A stretch of DNA of 64,000 nt, taken from assembly GCA_045614385.1 (NCBI GenBank), contig JAZLCS010000113.1, positions 4,159 to 68,158 of the forward strand, written 5' to 3'. Shown piece after piece: positions 49,178 to 58,594 of the stretch; within the stretch, counting starts at the first letter, position 1, and the number at the start of each line of letters is the position of its first letter. The notes beneath the pieces are model-generated. The model had not been told where the DNA came from, did not search any database, and was given only the letters and a program-made list of their open reading frames with translations. The translations under genes were made by a program, and so were the position numbers. This DNA is from Acutalibacteraceae bacterium. Lineage in GTDB: Bacteria; Bacillota; Clostridia; Oscillospirales; Acutalibacteraceae.

Positions 49178-49591
49178 ATGATAAAAGAACTCATCCACGA
49201 CCCGATTTTGCTTGCGAGGAAATCGGAGGTCGCAACAAAAGAAGATTTGCAGGTGGCGCAGGATTTGCTGGATACTCTCATCGCACACAAAGACGGCTGT
49301 GTAGGTATGGCGGCGAATATGATTGGTGTTTGCAAACGCATTATCGCTTTTGATAATGACGGCAGTTATATGGTTATGTTCAATCCCGAAATTATAAAAA
49401 AATCGGGACCCTACGATGCAGAAGAAGGCTGTCTTTCTCTGCTCGGCGGACCCCGAAAGTGTAAGCGTTATCAGACAATAAAAGTGCAATGGCAAACCGC
49501 TGAATTTCAGACTCGCATCAAAACTTTCACGGGTTTCCCTGCACAGATAATTCAGCACGAGGTTGACCATTGTGACGGAGTGCTGATATAA
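49178..49591 (+). CDS. def: peptide deformylase (short type)
   Basis: GMAANMIG, EGCLS and QHEVDH; AAGGAG RBS. Confidence 0.92.
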   Translation: MIKELIHDPILLARKSEVATKEDLQVAQDLLDTLIAHKDGCVGMAANMIGVCKRIIAFDNDGSYMVMFNPEIIKKSGPYDAEEGCLSLLGGPRKCKRYQTIKVQWQTAEFQTRIKTFTGFPAQIIQHEVDHCDGVLI

Positions 49592-49642
49592 TATTCACAG
49601 AAAAACAGCGGTTCTCAAAATTTATAAAAGGAGTTTTTGTTT

Positions 49643-51103
49643 ATGAAAACAAAATCCGACGTCGGAACAAAAATTATTTCGATTATTCTCGGTGCAATTA
49701 TGGGCGGATTTATGTGGCGATGCAGGGGCGACGGCGGCTTCGGCTCATCGTGGGGTCTTTACAGCGTGGGTCTTGTGCTTATGCTTCTGATTTATCATTT
49801 CTACGGCAACCGCAAGGGTATGAAATACGAAATGATTCCCCTCGGCGCGCTTATGCTGGGTCTGAGCGTTACCGGCTACGCTACGGTTATTATCCAGCTT
49901 GCAGGCGTTGTTTGGAGCGACCTGCCGTATTCGGGCGAGATGCTGAACGGTCTTGACCCCGTGCTTCTCGGGCCAAACGGCGACGTTTATGCGCCTGCCG
50001 ACCATGTGAGCGGTGCGGTGATAATCTTCCTTATGGCGTTTACGTTGATTCCGCTTTTTGCTTTCTTTGTCACATCTCTTTTCTCAGGCAAGTAATATAA
50101 AATCAAACATTACATAATAGCCATAGCGGTGTATATGATATCGTCGCTGATTTTCAAAGCTACGGTTTCGCACTTTATTCTTCAGCTTATCAACCCCGAT
50201 CAGGTTGCTTATGCTGCGCTCGGTCTTAAGGAATGCGGCTATGATTACGCAAGCCCGATGGCGGCTTATATGAGCCACTTCCTTGACAGAGGCTGGACAC
50301 AGGAAATCCCGTTTTTTGAAAATTATTTTATGAGCATCGAACACGTTTCAGATTCGCTTGCGGTTATTGCACTTTCGCTTTATGCGCTCATTTTCCGCAA
50401 GGATAAATACACTTGCTTCGGCTCGCTTATTTTGAATATTCTCACCTCAATCACAACCACCGTTTTCACCGCCCTTGTTTCATACAGTTTCGGTTCGGGA
50501 TTCTTCAAGGGTGTTGAATTTTCGGCAACGTTCAAGCGATTTGCAACCTGGGGCACGTGGGAATTTATCGTCGGATTCTTTGTCGGTTTGTTTATTATGG
50601 CGTTTCTCGCCCTTACTGTCAGAAACAGCAATGCCGACGCAGAAGATATTCTGCCTGTTTTTGAAAACAAAAAACTCAGCTTCGGTTTTAACTTCCTGCT
50701 GACGGTGTTTATTCTCGGCGTTACACCTGCCAGAGCAATCGGAATCCGTTTTGCGCGTCTTCTTGTAACCGCAAACGTGCTTGGCGACGACGAACCTCTC
50801 GGCACGATTCTGACGGTTGTTTTATCCGTTATTTTCGGCGTGTTTATGATTAAAATACTTCGCAAAAACATTCTTGAAAAGGGCACGAATGCATTCGATA
50901 TGTCACCCGTGAAGTTTGCAAAAATCGCACTTCCGTCATATCTCGGAATGTGCTTCACGGTGTATTTCTTTATGGACAGCTTCGGAATCCGCTTTATCAG
51001 AACAGATATCACCGTGCCGATTATGCTCGCCGCCTCTGCTCTGATTGCGGTGATTTATATACCGCTCAGAATGAAAATGGCTGCAAAGCGAGAAAACTCT
51101 TAA
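49643..51103 (+). pseudogene. multi-pass membrane protein interrupted by in-frame TAA at 50093-50095
   Basis: ORFs 49637-50095 and 50129-51103 share a frame and read ..SGK*YKIKHYIIAIAVY.. Confidence 0.75.
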
Positions 51104-51121
51104 AAACTTCGGAGAATTGAT

Positions 51122-51257
51122 ATGCTTGCTTATACATACAAAGAACACGGAAAGTTTGAGCTTACGGACAAGCCGAAGCCTGAGATAATTGACAGCCGTG
51201 ATGCGGTTGTGAGGGTGACGCTTTCGAGTATCTGCTCGAATGATTTGCGCTTTAAAA
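51122..51257 (+). pseudogene. 5' fragment of Zn-dependent alcohol dehydrogenase
   Basis: MLAYTYKEHGKFELTDKPKPEIIDSRDAVVRVTLSSICSNDL versus the intact gene at 53705; GGAG RBS. Confidence 0.9.
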
Positions 51258-51260
51258 CGA

Positions 51261-51304
51261 ATAATTCAGCACGAAGTTGACCATTGTGAGGGATTTTGAT
51301 TTAA
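51261..51304 (+). pseudogene. 3' fragment of peptide deformylase
   Basis: 28/29 nt match to 49547-49575 (IIQHEVDHC), then a diverged GILI-stop end. Confidence 0.85.
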
Positions 51305-51365
51305 GAAGTACGGATTATTGTACACCAAGGTTTGCTATAATATGAGCATCAAAGGAGATGATTGT

Positions 51366-52823
51366 ATGCTCAGAGAAGGTGCTTCACCTACACGCGAATA
51401 CCGATGCAAATTGTTAGAGTTCTTTTCGAATCTGGATTTGGATTGCAGCATAATGGTAAAGCTTACTGAACCCATAGGGAAACTTCCCGAAAAAAACAAA
51501 GATAAAGCCGCCAAAGAAATTCTGGATCTTATTTCAGACTGCAAAACACCGGAAGAAATGCTTGACAGGATGAGAAATTATAAATTTGTTTATAACAAAA
51601 AATCTTCTGCATCCGAGAAAAAATATTATCCTATGTGGGTACATGATTTTCCTGATTACAGTGATCAACACAACGCTTGCTACATATGGGAATGCGAAAA
51701 AGATAAATCCAACCGTTCTCTGCTCCCTATAAGACTTTATATTGACGGCGATTATTTTCGTCTTGAAGACGAAGAGTTTGGGGAAGGTCTGGAAACTTAC
51801 CATGACTGTTTCTTGGTCAGAAAACGGAACACTTTGTTTGTAGAGGATATTCTTTATAAGTTGCATATTTATATTCAGTCAGCCGAATATGTTTTTGCAA
51901 AAATGCTTTATGATAAATCTTCCGAAATTCTGTTTACTGAATTTCCGAATATTGAGAATATTTCTTACGGAGAACAGAAAGAAAACGGAATATATCCTAT
52001 AAAGTGGAACATACCGTACGATGTTCTTATTAACCGTCAGCTGGAAATAATGCAGGAACTTCTTGATAACGGTATGTTTCTTGATGAAAAGCTTGAAGAA
52101 ACCGAAGATTCAGATAATCCTAACAAACTCACACACATATATCTTAATGGTATTCTTGACGGTGATCCTGATGACGTTATTGATGCAATAAAAAACACCA
52201 AAAGAGAAGATTACCTTAAGAATTTCGGCAACAAACGGCTGACTTATACGCTTGATGAGTGTATGAAGTATTATAAGATTTTTACCGAAGATATTCTTGA
52301 ACTCGGAAACCAAAAAAGAGTTTACTGTATTATAGAAGAGCAGAACCGTGATTTGTTTGAAGCAGCAAGAAGACTTGATGCAAAGACACTTCTTGAATAT
52401 GCCCGTAACGGCAGGAGCCTTAATGCTATTTGTACAAACGGAAACTCTGTTTTTTCGGAATACCTTAACAGAATCATTGACGATGCAGGAAATCCTGAAA
52501 GTGCAACTGAATTTTGTGAAAAAGATGCACAGGCACTTATTGATGCAGGGGCAAACCCTGCACTATACGGTGTTGACGATGTTTTCAATCCACCAATAAA
52601 TAATGCACTTGTGTGCGGTGAAACGGAAATTGTAAAGTTCTTACTAAAGAATAATGTTAACCCCGATCTTTTTGGCACGATAGATGAAAAATATGAATCC
52701 GAAACCCTTCTCGAAAGAGAAGAAAGATGGCTTTTGGAAATGCCTTATTATGGTTCACAAGCCGACGACGAAAAAATATACCGAGAGCATATCAGTATGC
52801 TCAAAGAAGCACTTGGAGTATAA
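51366..52823 (+). CDS. hypothetical protein with C-terminal ankyrin-like repeats
   Basis: LFEAARR, LIDAGANP and GETEIVKFLLKNNVNP; AAGGAG RBS; extended -10 at 51333-51341. Confidence 0.7.
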   Translation: MLREGASPTREYRCKLLEFFSNLDLDCSIMVKLTEPIGKLPEKNKDKAAKEILDLISDCKTPEEMLDRMRNYKFVYNKKSSASEKKYYPMWVHDFPDYSDQHNACYIWECEKDKSNRSLLPIRLYIDGDYFRLEDEEFGEGLETYHDCFLVRKRNTLFVEDILYKLHIYIQSAEYVFAKMLYDKSSEILFTEFPNIENISYGEQKENGIYPIKWNIPYDVLINRQLEIMQELLDNGMFLDEKLEETEDSDNPNKLTHIYLNGILDGDPDDVIDAIKNTKREDYLKNFGNKRLTYTLDECMKYYKIFTEDILELGNQKRVYCIIEEQNRDLFEAARRLDAKTLLEYARNGRSLNAICTNGNSVFSEYLNRIIDDAGNPESATEFCEKDAQALIDAGANPALYGVDDVFNPPINNALVCGETEIVKFLLKNNVNPDLFGTIDEKYESETLLEREERWLLEMPYYGSQADDEKIYREHISMLKEALGV

Positions 52824-52864
52824 TATTTTTGCGAAGAAATGATTTGTTTTAAGGGGTGACTGCA

Positions 52865-53683
52865 ATGATTGATGTTTGTTTCAACAGAGTAGCGGAAGGT
52901 AATTTGAAATTGTTTAGGAAAGATATTAATAGTGAGTCTGTATTTCATCTTGGTGGATATTTTGGTGTAGGCAATATATCAGAATCTATTCAGGAACACT
53001 ATGCCAAAGAAGAAGCGGAGACTCTCCGTTATTTCTATAAAGATATAACAGACGAAGAAATTACTGATGCTTATAAAGATGAATTGAAGCAAATCCGTAC
53101 AAGACATACAAAATTTAAAAAGCATCTTGATAATGGCGAGTCTGTCAGAGTATGGATATGTAGGAACGCAAATGACTACTGTGGTTTCTTTTGGCTTTGC
53201 AACAAAATGAAGAAATTATCAAACAAGCTGTCTGTTGTTATCTGTCCAACATATGAATACAGCACATGGAACCAAAAATATCAGTACACATTCGGATGGG
53301 GACTTGACCCTGAATCTGTAATTGATATTGTCCGTTTAGCAAAAGAAATAAATGCAGGAGAAAAAGAGTTTTTTGCTAAGGAGTGGGAACTTCTTGTTAA
53401 AGAAAACAAACCTCTGAGAATTCTTATCAACAATATGATTGCTTCAGTTGAAAGTGATTTTCTTGACTCAGGAATTCTGAAATTTGTACCCGAAATGCCA
53501 ACCAAACAAGCAGATGTTATGGGCAAAATTTTAGGAAATTGTCTTTGTGACTCAGTTTCATTTGTTTCAGAGCGTATTGAAAGAATGATTGAAAACGGAC
53601 TGGTAAAGGTGTGCGAAGATTTTGTCGATGAACACGGTTGCTATTGGCAAAGAAAGATTGTAAAAACAAAAATTATGAATTGA
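52865..53683 (+). CDS. DUF1835/DUF3658-like protein
   Basis: VRVW...A.DYCGFFW, EWELLVKENKPLR and F..ERI..MIE.G. Confidence 0.72.
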   Translation: MIDVCFNRVAEGNLKLFRKDINSESVFHLGGYFGVGNISESIQEHYAKEEAETLRYFYKDITDEEITDAYKDELKQIRTRHTKFKKHLDNGESVRVWICRNANDYCGFFWLCNKMKKLSNKLSVVICPTYEYSTWNQKYQYTFGWGLDPESVIDIVRLAKEINAGEKEFFAKEWELLVKENKPLRILINNMIASVESDFLDSGILKFVPEMPTKQADVMGKILGNCLCDSVSFVSERIERMIENGLVKVCEDFVDEHGCYWQRKIVKTKIMN

Positions 53684-53704
53684 TTTTTGCAACGGAGTAT
53701 TAAT

Positions 53705-54742
53705 ATGTTAGCTTATACATACAAAGAACACGGGAAGTTTGAGCTTGTTGACAAGCCGAAGCCCGAGATAATTGACAGCCGAGATGCGATTGTGAGAGTA
53801 ACTCTTTCGAGTATCTGCTCAAGTGATTTGCACATAAAACATGGCTCTGTGCCACGTGCTGTGCCGGGTATTACAGTCGGTCACGAGATGGTCGGTGTTG
53901 TTGAAAGCATCGGTGCTGACGTTAAGAATGTCAAAGTCGGTGACAGAGTTACTGTCAATGTTGAAACCTTCTGCGGTGAGTGTTTTTTCTGCAAGAAGGG
54001 GTTTGTAAATAACTGTACCGACAAGAACGGCGGTTGGGCGCTCGGATGCCGAATTGACGGCGGACAGACCGAGTTTGTCCGTGTGCCTTACGCTGATATG
54101 GGACTCAACAAAATCCCCGATACCGTTACCGATGAGCAGGCTTTGTTTGTCGGCGACGTGCTTGCAACGGGATTCTGGGCAACACGAATTTCGGAGATTA
54201 CACCCGATGATACCGTGCTGATTATCGGCGCAGGTCCGACGGGTATCTGCACTCTGCTTTGCGTTATGCTCAAAAATCCGAAGGGAATCATCGTCTGCGA
54301 AAAGGACAAAAACCGCATTGATTTTGTGAAGTCGCATTATCCCGATGTACTCGTTTGCGAGCCTGAAAACTGCAAAGATTTTGTGATTGAGAATTCCGAC
54401 CACGGCGGTGCGGATGTTGTGCTCGAGGTTGCAGGCGCAGAAGATACTTTCCGCCTTGCGTGGGAGTGCGCAAGACCAAATGCGATTGTCACGGTTGTTG
54501 CACTTTATGATAAACCGCAGAGCCTTCCTCTGCCCGATATGTACGGCAAAAATCTGATTTTCAAAACGGGCGGTGTTGACGGCTGCGACTGCGATGAAAT
54601 CCTCTCACTCATCGAGCAGGGCAAGATTGACGCAACCCCACTGATTACCCACCGCTTCGCCCTCAAAGACATCGAAAAAGCATACGAAATATTTGAGAAT
54701 AAGCTTGACGGTATAATTAAAATAGCGGTGACAACAGAATAA
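53705..54742 (+). CDS. Zn-dependent alcohol dehydrogenase (MDR)
   Basis: ICSSDLH, GHE, CGECFFC..NNC and GAGPTG. Confidence 0.93.
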   Translation: MLAYTYKEHGKFELVDKPKPEIIDSRDAIVRVTLSSICSSDLHIKHGSVPRAVPGITVGHEMVGVVESIGADVKNVKVGDRVTVNVETFCGECFFCKKGFVNNCTDKNGGWALGCRIDGGQTEFVRVPYADMGLNKIPDTVTDEQALFVGDVLATGFWATRISEITPDDTVLIIGAGPTGICTLLCVMLKNPKGIIVCEKDKNRIDFVKSHYPDVLVCEPENCKDFVIENSDHGGADVVLEVAGAEDTFRLAWECARPNAIVTVVALYDKPQSLPLPDMYGKNLIFKTGGVDGCDCDEILSLIEQGKIDATPLITHRFALKDIEKAYEIFENKLDGIIKIAVTTE

Positions 54743-54748
54743 AAAATG

Positions 54749-54787
54749 ACCTCCTTGTGTTTGGCGTACCATTTACAAGGAGGTTTT
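54749..54787. terminator. terminator
   Basis: acctccttgt / acaaggaggt inverted repeat followed by Ts. Confidence 0.7.
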
Positions 54788-54799
54788 GTTTTATAAAAC

Positions 54800-55300
54800 T
54801 TACGGGCCCATAAAAGATATTAGATTATAATCTTTTGCATTGTCCATCATTGCGCGCATACGGTGAACAAATCTTTCGTAGAACTCGGTTGCTATATAAA
54901 TGTTATTTTTTATTATTTCGGCTTCCTTCTTTTTGCCAAGCTTTTTTCGTTCATACAGTAAATCGGGCTCGAAGGTGTAAATTGAAAAATGTTTTTTCAA
55001 GTCATCTAATTTTGGGTTATCGTAATCTGTTTTTAACAAATCACAACACTCCTCAATATCGTTTAACATAACTTTCATTGTATCATAAGTATAAATGTTA
55101 TAGTCCAGATTCCATTGAAACCTGTTTTCACAATATGGGTCTCTGCTGTCGCCGTACGGATATTGGTCATCATAATACTTGTCGAGAAAATAATACAAAA
55201 ATTCTGAAATATCCATATCATCGATGGAAATCTCTTCTTTTCGGTATTCTTTTATACCTTGCCAGTATTCCTTTGTTACGGGCACATGCTTAACTGGCAT
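54800..55300 (-). CDS. hypothetical protein (original start possibly at 55342)
   Basis: AT-rich 166-aa ORF; frame stays open upstream to 55342. Confidence 0.65.
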   Translation of the reverse strand: MPVKHVPVTKEYWQGIKEYRKEEISIDDMDISEFLYYFLDKYYDDQYPYGDSRDPYCENRFQWNLDYNIYTYDTMKVMLNDIEECCDLLKTDYDNPKLDDLKKHFSIYTFEPDLLYERKKLGKKKEAEIIKNNIYIATEFYERFVHRMRAMMDNAKDYNLISFMGP

Positions 55301-55335
55301 TATCCAGAAATAACCTCCGCCATCGTGACCTTCAA

Positions 55336-55989
55336 CTATCGTTTTTTACCCCTGCGGACATAATCTTCGTTAATTTCGTCGCTCCAGCCTGAGTCAACAC
55401 AAGCCTTTGCTCTGACATTGCAGACGGCTTTTGCGACGGATTCATAGACTATGCTTGTACCTTCCTTGTCGGCGTTGTAGTTTACTGCTCTGTCGGCACC
55501 GATGCCGTATCTTGCGGCGGTTTCAACCGCATCGATATTCGCACCGATGAAGAGAAATTCCCAGCCGTATTTTTCTTTCTGACGCTCAATCATAGCCTTT
55601 ACTCTGTCGCTTGTGTAGCGGCGGCTTGCGTTTTCCATACCGTCGGTTGTGATGATAAACATTGTGTTTGCGGGCACATCTTCGGCTGGTGCATACTTGT
55701 GAACATTGCCGATGTGGTGAATTGCGCCGCCGATTGCATCAATGAGTGCCGTGCATCCTCCGACAACATAATCACGGTCTGTCATGGGCTTGATTTCGGA
55801 AAGTTTTACTCTGTCGTGAAGCACTTCGCTTACATTGTCAAAAAGCACGGTTGAAACATAGCATTCGCCGTCCTGCTTTTTCTGCTTTTCAATCATAGCA
55901 TTAAAACCGCCGATTGTGTCACTCTCCAGACCCGACATTGAGCCGCTTCTGTCAAGGATAAATACGAGTTCTGTGATGTTGTTTTTCAT
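55336..55989 (-). CDS. vWA domain protein
   Basis: MIDAS DRSGS, TALIDA and ITTDGMEN; GGAGG RBS. Confidence 0.9.
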   Translation of the reverse strand: MKNNITELVFILDRSGSMSGLESDTIGGFNAMIEKQKKQDGECYVSTVLFDNVSEVLHDRVKLSEIKPMTDRDYVVGGCTALIDAIGGAIHHIGNVHKYAPAEDVPANTMFIITTDGMENASRRYTSDRVKAMIERQKEKYGWEFLFIGANIDAVETAARYGIGADRAVNYNADKEGTSIVYESVAKAVCNVRAKACVDSGWSDEINEDYVRRGKKR

Positions 55990-56095
55990 TGTTTTCTCCT
56001 CCAAAAACAAAAATGTGGTTGCTCGGTTTCTCAACCTTACAACCACATTATAGCGATTTGTTTTATTCAATTGGTCGCTTGATGGGAGACTTTTA

Positions 56096-57157
56096 TCAGC
56101 AGCCCAACAGCACTTGGTCAAATTCAAACAGTGCTTCGTTTATTTCAAAGATGTCATAGACACCTTTCTGCAGAAAATATCTGATTATCTTATCAAATGT
56201 AAAACTGCGTGAAAGTGTAAGTCCTGCGGATGCGAGTAAATCCTGCGTTTCGTCAAGGGTCAGTTCAAGTGCGATTGCAAATGCAACGGCTGTCTGCTTT
56301 GACGGTTTGTATGTATCGGGGTTGCACTTGATTTTTGAGAATGTTTTCTTGTCAACGTTGGCTTTTTTGTAGCATTCAACGTCGGTCATTCCCTTTGAAT
56401 CAATCAAGTCAAAAAGCTTGTATGCAAAGGATTTATCCATTGCTTTCATATATTCTGCGAGGGTTTTGTTGTCAACACTGCTTTTCGGCGCAGGCATTGA
56501 TGCACAAACAGGCGGTTCGGGTGAACTGCATTCAGCTTTTTCCAGTCTGAGCAGTTTTTGTCTGATTTTGTTTAACGGTACGGTTTTTTCGGGTCGGGCA
56601 CATTCCGAAGCAAAAACAGCTTTTTGTTCTTCAACATAATTATCACTGATAAACTCGCTGATTTCATTGAAAACAGTTTTGCTGAATTCATAGGATTTTC
56701 GATCATAAACACAGAGATATACAGTAAGTTCGTGTTCAAAAAGGAATTCGGTGATAACCTGAATCGCGAATTTCAGCACCTGGTCTTTCGGATAACCGTA
56801 AACGCCTGATGAAATCAGCGGAAATGCAACAGACTCGCATCCGTTGGCAACGGCAAGTTTAAGCGACTCCGTGTAACAGGATTTGAGGATGATGCTCTCG
56901 CCCACAAGTCCGCCGTGCCAGACGGGTCCCGATGTGTGAATGATGTATTTTGCATCAAGGTTATATGCACTTGTTATTTTAGCTGTACCAAGTCCGAGAG
57001 GACGGATTTTCTCGCATTCGGCATCAAGCATCGGGCCCGCTGCGGTATGCACAGCAAGGTCGACACCGCTGCAACCCATCATTTCTTCATTGGTGGTGTT
57101 TACAATCGCATCAACCTTCATTTTTGTTATGTCTTGTCTTATGATTTGTAACGGCAC
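56096..57157 (-). CDS. macrodomain protein with C-terminal HTH-like domain
   Basis: DITKMKVDAIVN, IIHTSGP and FPLISSGVYGYP; C-terminal YKKANVDKKTFSKIK..PSK. Confidence 0.88.
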   Translation of the reverse strand: MPLQIIRQDITKMKVDAIVNTTNEEMMGCSGVDLAVHTAAGPMLDAECEKIRPLGLGTAKITSAYNLDAKYIIHTSGPVWHGGLVGESIILKSCYTESLKLAVANGCESVAFPLISSGVYGYPKDQVLKFAIQVITEFLFEHELTVYLCVYDRKSYEFSKTVFNEISEFISDNYVEEQKAVFASECARPEKTVPLNKIRQKLLRLEKAECSSPEPPVCASMPAPKSSVDNKTLAEYMKAMDKSFAYKLFDLIDSKGMTDVECYKKANVDKKTFSKIKCNPDTYKPSKQTAVAFAIALELTLDETQDLLASAGLTLSRSFTFDKIIRYFLQKGVYDIFEINEALFEFDQVLLGC

Positions 57158-57297
57158 GGTATCACCTCAACGCTTAATCTGTAGTCAGTATATCACAAAT
57201 TAATGATTGTAGCAACACATGACGAAATATCTTCGTTGCTTATTTCCAGAAACTGTGATACTATATGACAAGAGAATGATTTCGCAAGGAGTTTAAT

Positions 57298-58461
57298 ATG
57301 ACTGCATTACTTATTATCATTTACATAGCCTTTGTTTCGCTCGGGTTCCCCGATTCGCTGTTCGGTGTTACATGGCCGGTTGTTCATGTTGAATTCGGCT
57401 TGCCCGAGAGCTTCGGCTCGGTTTACAGCGTTGTTACGGCTGTTTCAACGGGCGGTATTGCGTTTATTGCAGGCCCGCTTCTGCGCAAATTCGGAACAGG
57501 CAGGGTTACGTTTTTTTCAACGCTTCTCACCGCGCTCGGCCTTGTCGGCATCAGTTTTTCGCCGAATATCGTTGTGATGATGATTTGCACTGTTATTATG
57601 GGCTACGGCGCAGGCGCAATTGATACCGGTCTGAACAACTTCGTTTCACTTCATTATAAGGCAAAGCATATGAACTGGCTCCATTGCTGTTGGGGGCTTG
57701 GGGTTACAATCAGTCCGATGATCATGTCCGCTTTTCTCGGCGGAGACGGTACGTGGCGCAGTGGGTATCGTGTTGTTGCGCTTATTCAGTTTGCGATTGC
57801 TCTGATAATCCTTGCAAGCCTCAAAAAATGGAATGTTCAGCCCAAAAATGTTGCCGAAACAGAAAACATGCAAAAGGAATTGCCCAAGAAAAGCTTTTTC
57901 GATTTGCTGAAAGAAAAAGGAATGTTAACGAGTATTCTTTCGCTCGGACTTTACTGTGCAGGAGAATTCACGATTGGTACCTGGGGCGCAACCTATGCAG
58001 TCAATGTTCTTGCTGTTTCACCCGACGAGGCCGCCAAATGGATTTCGCTTTATTTTTGCGGAATTATGCTCGGCAGAATAATTGCGGGTTTTTTATCCGA
58101 AAAACTCTCCGACAACACGCTCGTCAAGGGCGGAATGGCTCTTGCGGCAGTCGGTATAATTGTTCTTATGCTGCCCATAGGCAAAACCGCGCTCGCAGGT
58201 CTGTTTTTAATCGGCATGGGCTATGGCCCTGTATTCCCGAGTGTGCTCCACAGCGTGCCTGCGCGATTCGGTGCGGATTATTCGGCTGATATCACGGGTT
58301 ATCACATGAGCGGCGCATACGGAATAGGCTTTTTTGTTCAGTTTGTGTTCGGATATGTTGCCTCTGCAACAACCTTTGCCATCGCTCCGTTTGTGCTTCT
58401 GGCACTCGGTTTCGGAGTAATCGGAGCAACCGTTGTTACCTTAAGGCTAATAAAAGAATAA
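57298..58461 (+). CDS. MFS transporter
   Basis: About 12 TM; SLGFPDSLFG and GAGAIDTGLN. Confidence 0.9.
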   Translation: MTALLIIIYIAFVSLGFPDSLFGVTWPVVHVEFGLPESFGSVYSVVTAVSTGGIAFIAGPLLRKFGTGRVTFFSTLLTALGLVGISFSPNIVVMMICTVIMGYGAGAIDTGLNNFVSLHYKAKHMNWLHCCWGLGVTISPMIMSAFLGGDGTWRSGYRVVALIQFAIALIILASLKKWNVQPKNVAETENMQKELPKKSFFDLLKEKGMLTSILSLGLYCAGEFTIGTWGATYAVNVLAVSPDEAAKWISLYFCGIMLGRIIAGFLSEKLSDNTLVKGGMALAAVGIIVLMLPIGKTALAGLFLIGMGYGPVFPSVLHSVPARFGADYSADITGYHMSGAYGIGFFVQFVFGYVASATTFAIAPFVLLALGFGVIGATVVTLRLIKE

Positions 58462-58594
58462 AAACAGACGGATTTTTATTGTGAAACTTTTTTGCAATTT
58501 TGTTTCTGCATTTTTATTAAATATTGTTGAAATTATATTAATAATATGTTAATATAAAGTGACTTTTTGTAAATTAAAAGGAGAGTGTTTTAAA

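Noticed and set aside
50093-50095. Stop-codon recoding (Sec or Pyl)
   Set aside because: The codon is TAA, which is not used for Sec or Pyl, and other genes here terminate normally at TAA
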